From assembly GCA_000934665.2 (NCBI GenBank), contig KZ539113.1, positions 1 to 33,098 of the forward strand: a stretch of DNA of 33,098 nucleotides, read 5' to 3'. Source of the DNA: Catajapyx aquilonaris (Eukaryota). This document shows, piece by piece, positions 1 to 11,100 of the stretch (position 1 is the stretch's first letter; every line of letters begins with the position of its first letter). Made by a program: the position numbers and the translations under genes. The notes under the pieces were generated by a model. The model had not been told where the DNA came from. It made no database searches and saw nothing but the letters and a program-made list of their open reading frames with translations.

Positions 1-91
1 TATGTAAGATCACTCTTCACAGCATGGTAGTTCTTAAAGTTTGATTTGATCAGCACTGTTAAAATGCCAGTAAGTTAATCGAGACCACGTG

Positions 92-671
92 GTATGGGGC
101 AAAGTGGAACGGGCAAAGTGGAACGCGTACCGCTATGCTCCGTATATGCAAGAAATGGTCGCACGAGGAATGCACATTGTTTGATGCCGAAATAGATGAT
201 GAGGTTGCATACATTTGTGACTTATGCAAACTGTAGACTAGAGTGTAAGATGAGGGGTCTCACAAGTCAGATCAAAGGCGGCTAAAGTCCCAAAAAACAC
301 TGGTCGTAAAATTATGTGCCAAATAAAGTTTAATCGTGGCAGATAATTGTCCCGTAGGACCTGGATCATGAGTGCGCTGGTAGCTTACAAGCATCCAGGA
401 CTGATTGATCTCATTAAAGCAGAGTCGTTCCGCTTTGCCCCACTACGTGTTCCACTTTACCCCGCAGGTGGGGCAAAGTGAAACGGGTTGGTGGGGGGTT
501 CAAAAATAAGGTTCTAACTCCTACGGTAATTGACTTCAGTAATTCATCACTTCAGGTATTACAGAGGAGACATAAAGGTATTGTGCTGTGCACATTTAAT
601 CCCATCAAGTTTTTCATCTGATTGGGAAAAAAATAAACATCCCTGAACCGTTCCGCTTTGCCCCACCTTCC
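92..671. mobile_element. MITE, Tc1/mariner(pogo)-like, with repeated GGGGCAAAGTGGAAC motif
   Basis: TIR TGGGGCAAAG(T/C)GGAACGG at 95-112 and inverted at 648-665. Internal copies in both orientations at about 426-486. TA follows the right end. Confidence 0.7.
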
Positions 672-1871
672 TACTTATTTAACCAGCGCCGGATTTACAC
701 CCCCCGGCCACCCTTAGGCAGTTGATATCCCTTATGTCGCTTAAAAATTACAATTTTCTCCTGTGTACTCGCATTTGTTTTATTTTGATTTATTTCATTT
801 TACTTTGCGTGACGTCAACATTTTTCTAGGATGCAGTGACGTCACCATGTCCTACCGAAAAAACGCCAATATATCTCCGGAATTGAAACTGATTTCTTAA
901 AATGAAATACGCCAAAAAAAATCCCCCCCAAAAATATGGTCGAATTTTTGATGTAGTTTCCAAAATGAAGGCTAGGACCCCATTGCCTACTCTGCCTATT
1001 GGGGCACGACAGTGTACGGAAAGGAAAACTTTCCGCTTTCAACTGTATTTGTTTTGACGAATGTCAAAAGCTCTATACTATAGGTTCATCACGGGGTATG
1101 GAAAAATAAAATTAAAATATAAAAAATGTCAAAAGCTCACAATGCCATAGCTATTTTTCATTCGTATAACCACATTAGCCTATACAGTGGAAAAACCGCT
1201 GCATAATTTGTGTATTACAGATCAAAATCAAATGAACCAGTTTCGCACTCCCGTCTAATGATAATGTTTTGTCTTAGTACCTATACATTGGATTATAATT
1301 ATTCATACTGCCGGCAAATCTATACGTTATCGCCCGAGCACCTCCCATCGCAGGTATATACCACGGTATACCGGCTTATTATAAGATTTATACCGATGAC
1401 TTATCTCCTGATTAGATTTTGAGTCAAGCCCGGCTTTTCCAGAATATGGTCATTGGGGGGAAGAGGTGGATTATGGATCATGAGGCTGTCGATCCTCTCA
1501 GGTTAAACATTCAAGCGTTAATAGATTACTCATGAGTCATTACACCTAGAATGGCATTTGAAAATTCAACTAAATATTCCTTATTTGAACATTGTTGCAA
1601 TCTTTATACATTCAATACAATTTACCTGTAACAATGACTATAGGCATGCGACTAAATTATGCGAAGTATGTGAGTGGGATTCAGATTTAAAACTAGCTGT
1701 ATTAAATTTAGCGAGGAAGTTAGTTGTGCTCTTCGGCATTGAATTCACACTGTACCGTACCATAATATTATGCTTTTTGAGTGCCAGTGGCTTCACTTCG
1801 GGTGCCCGAATATACGTAGGCTAACTGTACCGGTATACCTTACTGATTAATTTCCCTACACAAAATGAGCG

Positions 1872-1893
1872 AGAGAGAGAGAGAGAGAGAGAG
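1872..1893. repeat. (AG)n microsatellite
   Basis: Direct read of a GA dinucleotide run. Confidence 0.9.
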
Positions 1894-1966
1894 AAGGAAC
1901 ATAATTTCATTCACCTAATACTTCAACCATGAAAATATTTTCCCCCTGCGGCGGGCTTTTCGTCTC

Positions 1967-2154
1967 GGGATAGGATAGGGAAGGAAGGAGGAGCTGTGGC
2001 CTTTTTAATTAGGAAGCAATCCCGGAATTCTCCTGGAGGGACCGTGGCAAACCACAGAAAACCACGGTTAGTGGTGCCGGCCCCGGGGCTCGAACCCAGG
2101 ACCTCCCGATTGCGATTAGCAGTCGGACCCTATAGCCACTCCACCAAACTGCTT
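1967..2154 (-). mobile_element. tRNA-derived SINE, family A (partial)
   Basis: Minus strand carries A box TGGTGGAGTGG and B box GGTTCGAGCCC, then the core CCGTGGTTTTCTGTGGTTT...AGGCCACAGC shared with the copy at 15682-16141. Confidence 0.8.
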
Positions 2155-2924
2155 CGGTAACAACAACATATTGCACTACTGTACTCCCCATTATATAGGC
2201 GAGGTTTTTCCGGTCATCGTCAAAACAAAGAGAAACCAATAAAAGTCCGAAAAAATGCCAATATACGATCATCGTATCATGCCAACAAAGAAATAATATA
2301 ACATACTTTTTCCATAAGGCAAATTAAGTGTGTGGAAAGTTTCATTATTTTAATTAAACCTGATTTAAAGCAGCATGCAGTATGTAGCGCTCTGAACCAA
2401 CATTATAGGATTATCCGTGTTTTCCGATTATACGACGACGCCCGTGCAATCATTACCCGGATAATCAGGAGTACAGTGTAATCTTTGGGAGTAACAAATC
2501 CCTATAGTTACTGCCGTTTACTGTTAACTTATTAGCAGTACCAGTGTTGGCAATGATAGGTCTAGTGCTAAGTTAGCAGTAACTAGCAGTGGGACGAAAA
2601 TTCCACCTAGGGTCTTCAACTGTCATTATGGAATGCAGATCGTCCGTGGCATTACGACGGTAGGGTACAATCGTCGTCGTCAAGCAGTCTACCCGTGCAC
2701 CCTTGAAAAAGGCGGGAAAGCAGTGTCCTTCCTCCCTTCCTGCGCAGAGAGGTACATGTGGCAACACTGTCAAAGCGCAAGGATCGCCCGCCTCTTTACA
2801 AAAAAAAGAGGGAGGGGGGAGGGTGGTGACGTCAGTCTATTGATCACCCCCCCCCCTTGGCTGGAGAGGGATGAGGGGGAGGACAGGAGGNGGGGGGAGA
2901 GGGTCCGCTTGTGTGTGGTGCCAG

Positions 2925-3152
2925 CCAGTCGCCATCTTGGGACGTGGAACGATGAGTGGTGTGAGCGCGGAGTGAAGAGAGACCCAGCCCCTGCCCGCAC
3001 CCCCCCCCTCCATCCATCCCCGACTGAGAGAAGTGAGTGCGAGACAGAGAGAGAGAGAGAGGGGAAAGAATCCGGAGCCATCCGACCACTGGAACGAGTT
3101 CCTGACCAAGGGAATCATTTTTCGCCGGGTGTGCCCATCTGAACGGACCGAG
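2925..3152 (+). other. PRRC2: Probable non-coding first exon (5' UTR) of PRRC2; start approximate
   Basis: Ends at a consensus donor GAG|GTAAGG (3153). The next good acceptor is (CT)n-TTTTCAG| at 5011, just ahead of the coding ATG. The TSS is inferred only from the promoter motifs. Confidence 0.6.
2952..2975 (+). other. Short upstream ORF (MSGVSAE*) in the putative exon 1
   Basis: ATG AGT GGT GTG AGC GCG GAG TGA with A at -3. It is the only ATG in 2925-3152. Depends on the TSS lying upstream of 2952. Confidence 0.45.
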
Positions 3153-5048
3153 GTAAGGGTTGCATCCGGGGAAAAGTGCCGTCCCAAGGGTGGTCGGAAC
3201 CACTGGTCTTTTTTTGCACCGGTGGACTCCCACCATGGACTGACTGGTGGTGTTCCAAAATGTTGGGAAAAAGGAGGGGGGATGGGGGCAGCGGGGACGG
3301 GACGTATAGGCCTCCCTCCCTCGGGTTGTTGCTGAGGGTTCGCTCCGGGTTCAGGGACCCCTTGGATCGTGTCGGACGGGCCTGAACACGCACTGTGCGA
3401 GTGACTAGTTTCACCAGGTTTTGTCGACGGTCATTCCCTGCCAGGACTAATTCAGTAGTGGGGGTGGACACTTCTGCAGTGCTGAGGTTGGCAGGGGACA
3501 GGATTTCATGTGAATAAAATTGCAGGCTTAGAATTGGTGACAGCTCCATTGTGGTACCTGCAGTAATGTCAAGTCTTGTGATCCTAAGGTGGTGAAATGC
3601 TTGTGTTAAGGCTAGTGACGGCTAATGAGTCGGTGTCTGCTGCTTCTCGGAACGCGTAGGAAAGGAGCACCGGGTCAGTGCTGTCAACACGCCAGGAACT
3701 AATCTTGGGGTGGCGCGGGGGGAGAAAAGTCTTATCGGCTTCCACTGGCCGGAGGTAAACAGAAGCCTGAAAGCAGTTTTGATGGTGTCGCAACTAGTTG
3801 AACTAGTGATGAAATGTGTTCTCTCGGGCTCTTGGGATAGGTATGTGGTAAAGTTTAGATTGAGCACATGGAGAGTAATTACACGTTACTGAGAGTCCGG
3901 GGTGTGATTTCATTCCACTTGTGGGCAGTGGAGTTGGAATATTTTCTAGGTGACCACTCATCTGTCACGTTTGGGTCATTGTCCTCCATGAGTGCCTACC
4001 TGCCCACCAACTAGTGGAAAAAATTTGGGGTGCTGCAGAGAATCAGACAAAAGGAGGTCAGGGTCAAGCCTAGATGCAGGTTTATTGCTGTAACCTTGAA
4101 ATGTTATGGTACTTGTGTGCCTGCAACCTTCATGATTTGAGCACCGAGACATAAATCTTTCATGTGCCTTGGCATGAATTTCGAAATTGTCGTCTTACAG
4201 TAAGGTTTTACTGTTTGAAATAAACTCTTTTTCTTGTTATGTATCCAAGCGATAAGCCTGCAAAGTTGCCTGCTGAAATTCCTGTACCAGAAAATTAGTG
4301 GTACTTGGATATAACTTGAAACTCAGTGATCTAGAAGTGGTAAAGTATCTGCCGTGATTTAGAATAAAAGGTAGCCAGGTTACAAATGAGACATTACCGA
4401 TAGGCTACATATCTGACTGGAGTAATGCAGCATGCCAATTTTGTTGAAAATTTGACCATTCATTGCATAGGCTTGTGATGTATCTTGTGTTTGTGGTAGA
4501 AGAATAATTTGTGGAGTGTGTATCTCCTTTTCTGAAAATATCCTTTCCATTGCAACTGAGCAAGGGCTTACAGGGAGAAGGGCTTTGAAATAGATCAAAT
4601 TGTACCAACTTTCGTAAAACTGCGAGAAATTTGCCAGGCATGGTGCTATGAATCCAGTGCAGGACGAGGTGTACGACGTGATACCTGAGTGAGGGAATGC
4701 TTTTTTGGAGGGAGGGGGGGGGGGAAGAAGGTTAGAGGGTTTTTTGGTGCAACAGTGGCAATAATGGGTATGCTGTGCCAAGCACCAGTTTTTTAAACTG
4801 GATGTCAGTTCCCATGAACAAAGAACATTGGTGACAACATCCCCAGTGTGGTAGCCTTTGCAGTAGGTCACATGTTGCTTCGTCAGCTGCATGGTTGCCA
4901 GAGTTTGCACACTGTCATGAAGGGCACTTCATGGCCAGAATGGAGGCTGAATACATGGAAGTCAATATCCTCCCAGTTCATAACAATATTTCTCTCTCTC
5001 TCTCTTTTCAGTATAAAGGTTCGTTCTAAGGGTTAGAGCAGTACCTAA

Positions 5049-5141
5049 ATGGTTGCCTGGAGCCAGCATGTCCAGCATATCGGGGCTTGCACCAAAAGGG
5101 GAGAAAGGAAAGGCCAATTTTCAGCGTTTGGATATAAATAA
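5049..5141 (+). other. Out-of-frame upstream ORF overlapping the PRRC2 start (30 aa, MVAWSQHVQHIGACTKRGERKGQFSAFGYK*)
   Basis: ATG at 5049 lies inside exon 2 (acceptor 5011/5012), 19 nt upstream of the main ATG at 5068. Stop TAA at 5139-5141, within the same exon. Confidence 0.7.
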
Positions 5142-5151
5142 CTTGTACAGG
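5068..5151 (+). CDS. PRRC2: PRRC2 first coding exon (exon begins at 5012 as 5' UTR)
   Basis: MSSISGLAPKGEKGKANFQRLDINNLYR resembles the N-terminus of BAT2_N. Donor AGG|GTGAGT, phase 0, joins in frame to GKSLE at 12796. Absent from the ORF track. Confidence 0.92.
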
Positions 5152-8100
5152 GTGAGTTGTGCATTATGTATTCCTTTTGTTGCATGAAGCGAAAGAACGT
5201 ATGATGAATTAGGGCCAGTTCATGCTTGTGATGGATTAAAAACTGCGGGCTTCTGCTTGTTGTCGGGGGCAACAATTAATAATGAAGGACGAGAAGAAAC
5301 CTAAGATTTTGATAAATCACAAGCTGTGCATCTGACTATTAAGTGCTGGTGTTGCGTTGATAGTTATTTTGGATACATTTAATGATTGAAAAAAATGTAA
5401 TTTGTCATGATTAACCATAGATCAGCGAGGGTGAGGTTTTCAAATTAGGGTACCTCATAGTGCTACTCACATTTTATTGATAACATTAATGTTGTGGCAG
5501 TGATGAGACCTGGCTTATGTGTGAGCCTGACAGGATCTAGGAGGTAATTTTATGATTCCAGGTACACTAGTGAAACCTAGGATACGGGATACCTAGGGTA
5601 CATACTTCCTTTGTTTTGCTTTCTGCTTTGCCAAACTAGCGATACTGACACTCCTATGATTACGCTGATCTCGGGCTTACCCCATGGTTATTAAATGTAC
5701 TGCAGTGAGGCCTGTGCCAAGGAGCTAGTTAGCACTTTTAAACATGGTTCGTATAAGGTTTGGTGTCCTTGTATGTATCACATCTGAAGGGAAATGGAAG
5801 GGGTTTGGTTGTCAAGGTCTTTGGCCATGGTGAGGTGATGGTGAATTTTAAGTACAGACCTTGCCCATCAAGTTATTTTTATGGATTTAATGCTAGTAGA
5901 GGAAAAAATGAGAGAAGCCAGGAAAAGTAGTTGACAGGATGGGGTTAGGTTGGCCTATTTTTACTATTCCTATGCACCGTAAGATTTGCAGGTGGAATTT
6001 TCAATTGCCTTGATATTGTGTTGGACTAACAGCATTAGATAGGCAATGGTTCTCAAACTAGTGATCTTAAATTCTATCATATGCCAGTCTAGTGAGTTAC
6101 AGCGCTTGCAGGGATGCTTATTTTAAACAAAACATACAGGATTTCACTAGGCATAGACTTTTATGTTACTAAAGTTTAAAAAAATTGAATGTCTTCATGT
6201 GATCCTCAAAAACATTCCTACAAGCTTCTTTGGATTCTGCTCTTTAAGGCCAACTGACCTCAGGCCCTGCTGTGCCTGATCATGGAGTCATGCTCTACAG
6301 GATGCGAAATTGTAGTCTAGGAAAATAGTTGATCTGGGCTGTCACAGGTTCTTCCTTCACTATTAACCTATTGGGGATTTTTGACTAGCCTACGAGGCTG
6401 TAACCTTTATTCTGTATGAACACAAATGACGAAACTTACAGGGTACATGAGGACAATGGACATCTACTTTACTACATAGTTTCCACACCGAAGAACACAC
6501 TTATCCCATCGCCAGACCAGTTTCTTAATCCCTCCCCAATAGAAAGGGGTGCCCTGTTGACAGCACCAGTCACGCACAGCCTTCTTCACCTCATCGTCGC
6601 TTCGGAGGTGCTGACTTGTCATGTCTGCTTTCAGGGCTCTGAATAAGTGATAGTGTGTGAGGGCTAGGTCGGGACTATAGGGTGGGTGAGGAAGAACTTC
6701 CCAGTTGTATCCATTCAGCAAAGCCATGGTGTTCCTCGATGTGTCCGGACAGGCATTGTCGTGGAGAAGGATGACCCCACAGTGAGCAATCCTGGTTGTT
6801 TCCACCTGATGGCCTTATGCAACTTCGCCAGGGTCACTGCATATCTATCCGAATTGATAGTCGTGACTTCCAGCATTGCTCACTGCTGGGGTCATCCATC
6901 TCCACGACAATGCCCGTCCGCACACATTGAGGGACACCATGGGTTTGCTGAATGGATATGACTGGGAGGTTCTTCCTCACCCACCTATAGTCCCGACCTA
7001 GCCCTCACAGACTATCACTTATTCAGAGCCCTGAAAGCAGACATGGCAGGTCAGCATCTCCGAAGCGACGATGAGGTGAAGAAGGCTGAGCGTGACTGGT
7101 GCTGTCAACAGGGCACCCCTTTCTATTGGGAAGGGATTGAGAAACTGGTCTGGTGATGGGATAAGTGCGTTCTTCGGTGTGGAAACTATGTAGTGAAGTA
7201 GATGCCGATTGTCCTCACGTACCCTGTAAGTTTCGTCATTTGTGTTCATACAGAATAATCGTTACAGCCTTGGTTACAGCCTTACTTCTGATCTTACTTT
7301 ACTTACCTTGTCATTTACCGTTTACCGTCATTTGTGTTTATACAGAATAATCGTTACAGCCTTGGTTACAGCCTTACTTCTGATCTTACTTTACTTACCT
7401 TACTTTCTGATCACTCCTCGTACTTTGGCAGCATTCCCAACCAATTGTGCACCTTATTGGCTGTGATACTCACTGACCACCGAACAGTTAAATTACTTTT
7501 CCATGGCAGTGATTACTCCTCCCATAGATGAGGATGAGTTTTACAACATTACCTAGGGTAGACACTGGTAATACAAGTTTACTTCTATTAGTAAAGTAAT
7601 GGTTCAGTGATTTTGCATGTTGGGCTTCGAGAATCAAGCAAGACTCCCTGATTCTGAACATCTGGTCCATTGTAGTAGCAAATGCACTATAAGGGCCGGT
7701 TGCACCAGTCGCGGTATATGGAAAACGGCGGGTTTTCACTCCGGTATACCGCGAGAAGTGTTGCGCCACCTACGGTTGTTCTGAAACGGCCCGTTCTCCC
7801 TCCCATGTACCGCCCGATCCATCTACCCGCCGATCCTGCAGCACAAGTTGCTTATACCGCGGGTTTATGGGTGTTGTCATGGTTGCGGCGTTTTGTGTAC
7901 TGTGTGACACCAGGTGGCAACCCTGCCACGTGGTTGCCATAGATACTAGACGACTAGCCATACTTCCATGACGTCACGGAATGCGTCACGGGTGCTGCGA
8001 TCCAATCAGCGCTCTCCAAAATTTTTGCCCACTTACGTCTCTCATGAGCCAGCGTACTACCGAAAACGCCGTGTTTATCTGAACCGGTGCAACGCTATGG

Positions 8101-11100
8101 AATAAACCCACGGTTTTTCATGGTATATACCGTGTACCCGCGGTGCAGGGTTCTTCCATATACCGCGACCAGTGCAACCGGCCCTAAGGGTAAAATTTCA
8201 AGTCAAAAGTCGATTTTAAAAAAAATCAGCGCCGAAGAGGCGTTCCATCTAGCAGTGAGTAGGGAAGCTTTGAAGACACTTACAGATGGCGGCCTCCATA
8301 GTGACAAACCACGTCCAAGACAGGTTTTTGTGTTTTCGACCCAAGCAGAACCCACCCCCTGTGCCAAGGGCCATGGGAAGGCAGGGGAGGATGAGAAGGG
8401 GAGGGCGGAGGGGGAGAGAGAGCGGCGCGAGTGATCGGACCATGTAGGCGAGTGATGCCCACAGTGGGATACTTTGAACAGTACTAGTTCGAGACTTACC
8501 AAGATGGGTGTTGTCGCAAGGTATAATCTGGAGGGAGACGAGGAATACATTTCCCACATCTTGGATGCATGTGCTGGCGTCGGAGGAAGAGTCAAGTGAT
8601 CCATCCACTTCCTAGTTCAAAATTTGGCTTCGCGGCTAAGCCAATCTCATTGGGCAGCCGGGTGGCCCAATGGCCTGTGGAGGTTACCGGGATCTCCGCG
8701 GGCAGCGCTAGCTACTCGATGTTACTGTACTGAATACTGTGGTCGTTTCGACTTCCACCTAATGGCATTTGCATACGCGGCGTCAGATTCTAAAACCGAC
8801 GACATTTTTGGAATCAGGGCGTATTCCTTGATCTTTGAAGCCCAACATGCAAACTCACTGAATCCTTCCTTTAAGATTATATACCAGAAGATTGAGGGGA
8901 TATAGCTCATTTTTAAATGCAAAAAATGTCAGTTTTCTCTGGGATGTTAAACAGGATCCACCTGTTTCGTGGATGCACATAATTTCCAGCGATAATATTT
9001 TAAATTGTGATTAAGAGTTAATATTGCACAGGTGTCTGATGTTCATGCTCTACATTTGTAACAATTTCTGTATCTAATAACAGAAGGCCCTGTCGGCAAT
9101 TTTATAATTGCAATGCTTTCCTTCGTTGTATTAGATGAACAATTAATGGGCATATCATAAATGATTTTATAGTCAAATTGGATGGGAGGGGGCTTCACTA
9201 TGGCGGCACTAATGACCTAGGGTATAATAATAATTGGGTATTAGTGCACCGCCCTTCTTGGGCATCTGGCCCGGTACCTTGATTTGCTTTGATATTGCAA
9301 GCTTGTACACGTTGGTCCTTTTCTGTAATGGCCGGGTACCGCGAGCGAAGGGGGGATGTGCAACGTGCAGTGCATTGTCGTTGCTAATGTCGTTTTGTGA
9401 ACTCCCGTGGGGAGTTAGTCTCGAGGAATCCCACCCAAGACGAAGCTAGAGACTACCTAACTCGGCAGAGGTGAAGGGGGGTTTGCCTGGGCTTGGGATG
9501 GAACCCAGGACCCTTATATCCGTGTGCGCATACATTACCGCAGCGCCACTACGCCTCCCCACTAATGACCTAGGGAAAGCAAGGAAGCCCTCAGGGTGAT
9601 GGACAATGCTGTTAGAAACCAAAAGAAATATGCTTGAGTTATGGGCTGAGGGTAATTGTAATTCATTGCCCAGTACATCTATTGCATGTTTGTTACCTGC
9701 TGTAGAATTGAAAACATGGAGATTAATGTCAAAATAATGTATTAGACTGTAATGGGAATATTAACCCTAATTAGACAGGCGTTTTTTTTTGCGTTTTTGC
9801 AAGGATCTGCAAAAAGTTCGCTGGCGTTGTCATTTGAGGGACCACACGTGACAAATCTAGTGATTAACATCTTATAGTGGCTAGGTTTGATCCTGAGGCC
9901 ATCTATGGAACCCTCTTGCCATACCATGCAGTGATGTAAATTCTTACAAGCGCAACAGCTGACGTAGGGGATGTGTTTTGCGCCTACTCCAATTTTTTTG
10001 TCACTCTCTTGCTTGACAAGAAGGATGTGGGTCTGGCGCCCTGGTGCTGCTGAATAGACCAGTACATGACCACAGGGCATGAATTACGTCACAGGACGGG
10101 CATCTGAGAGAGAAACATACACCCCCACCAGAGTGGAAACATGCCTCGCTCCACAGCTGTTCAAAAGCCCCGCGCGGCCCCGGCCCCTGCATCGTGGGGA
10201 AGGCGGGGGTGGGTGTGGCGCCGTGGGTGCCGAGCAACTAACCATACAATACTTTCCATGCAAGCAAAGTGAAGCCAAAGTAAAGATGGCGTCATCGTTA
10301 CTTTGGGCGGGGCAGCAGAAGCTGCGTTAGGGGTGGCCCCTATGCAGATGGCCGGACAGCAGTGGGACGTTTCCAGGGGTGCGGGGCATCCCTTGAAGAT
10401 GCCCAACTACGTACAGGCCACCACGGCAGATCGATCCAAGTCGCCCAAAGCCGCCATCTTTGCTTTGGGTGACTGCAAAAACTCCATGCACAAACTGGCT
10501 TCACTTTTTCTTGGAAGTTATGCATCTAGCAGTATACATAGCAGGTATCTTTGGGTATAACAGACCATTTCTTGGCCCCTTGGTAGGAAAATATAGTTTT
10601 CCAGGTATAAAATTTGCAAAAAGCAGAAGCCAGAAGAATATTTCGGATATTGTGGTCCTGCATAATTTTCGGGTGAGCGGATATTGCACTTTTGACAGAT
10701 CTCATTAATCGGTATGTAGTAGTGCATATTACAGCCATATGGAAAGCAGAAATCTGTTTTCGTTGCAAAAGTGATGATTGGGCTATAACAGACCTCGGGT
10801 ATAACACACTTTTTCAGCAGTCTCTCGAAGTTTGTTTTATCTGGATTCGACCATACTATTAACCCCTTCGTTATACCTGCTACATTGCCATTGCCAGGTA
10901 TTACTGGCCAAGTCTTAAGCTGATTTAATTATGAAATTATGTTACAATATGCAGAATATCTACCTTGAGAAATGTACTAGACGAATTTGCTGAAATTGTT
11001 GCATTTCGCGAAAATTAAATAAACTTAAGTCTGGGTGTTTTCAGATTGACAGAGGCAAGCCACAGATAAATATTGATTTAATTCTCGCAGTGCCACGATT

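Larger units (their letters stand above)
2620..3420 (+). promoter_or_regulatory. CpG-rich promoter / first-exon region of PRRC2
   Basis: GC- and CpG-rich island compared with the CpG-poor gene body. CRE palindrome TGACGTCA at 2827-2834, G-run cluster at about 2808-2903, YY1-type CGCCATCTT at 2930-2938, and a strong donor AG|GTAAGG at 3152/3153. Confidence 0.65.

Noticed and set aside
684..1015. CAGCGCCGGATTT... hAT-like start with a GCCTA-repeat end region
   Set aside because: Right TIR and TSD are not recognisable; too degenerate to call.
2178..2480. Possible pogo/Tigger-like MITE (ACTGTACTCC ... GGATAATCAGGAGTACAGTGTA)
   Set aside because: Only about 10 bp of inverted match at the left end, which is insufficient.
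2633..3549. Cluster of 100-170 aa overlapping ORFs on both strands
   Set aside because: Expected by-product of a GC-rich promoter and 5' UTR. No recognisable domains, and the real coding start is at 5068.
3803..3895. GTGATGA (3807) ... CTGA (3888) at snoRNA-like spacing in intron 1
   Set aside because: Weak terminal stem, no D'/C' pair and no recognisable rRNA or snRNA complement.
5187..5260. Perfect C box ATGATGA (5201-07) about 50 nt after the exon-2 donor, with a C'-like GTGATGG
   Set aside because: No CTGA D box at a suitable distance and no clean rRNA complement. At best a decayed snoRNA.
5494..5651. GTGATGA (5500) ... CTGA (5645) with internal hairpins, possible long C/D RNA
   Set aside because: Only a 3-bp terminal stem, no paralogue, and I could not tie the pre-D segment AACTAGCGATA to a known modification site.
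9761..10880. TTAA|CCCT (9761) and TTAA|CCCC (10859) piggyBac-like left ends
   Set aside because: No matching right TIRs found, so boundaries cannot be supported.
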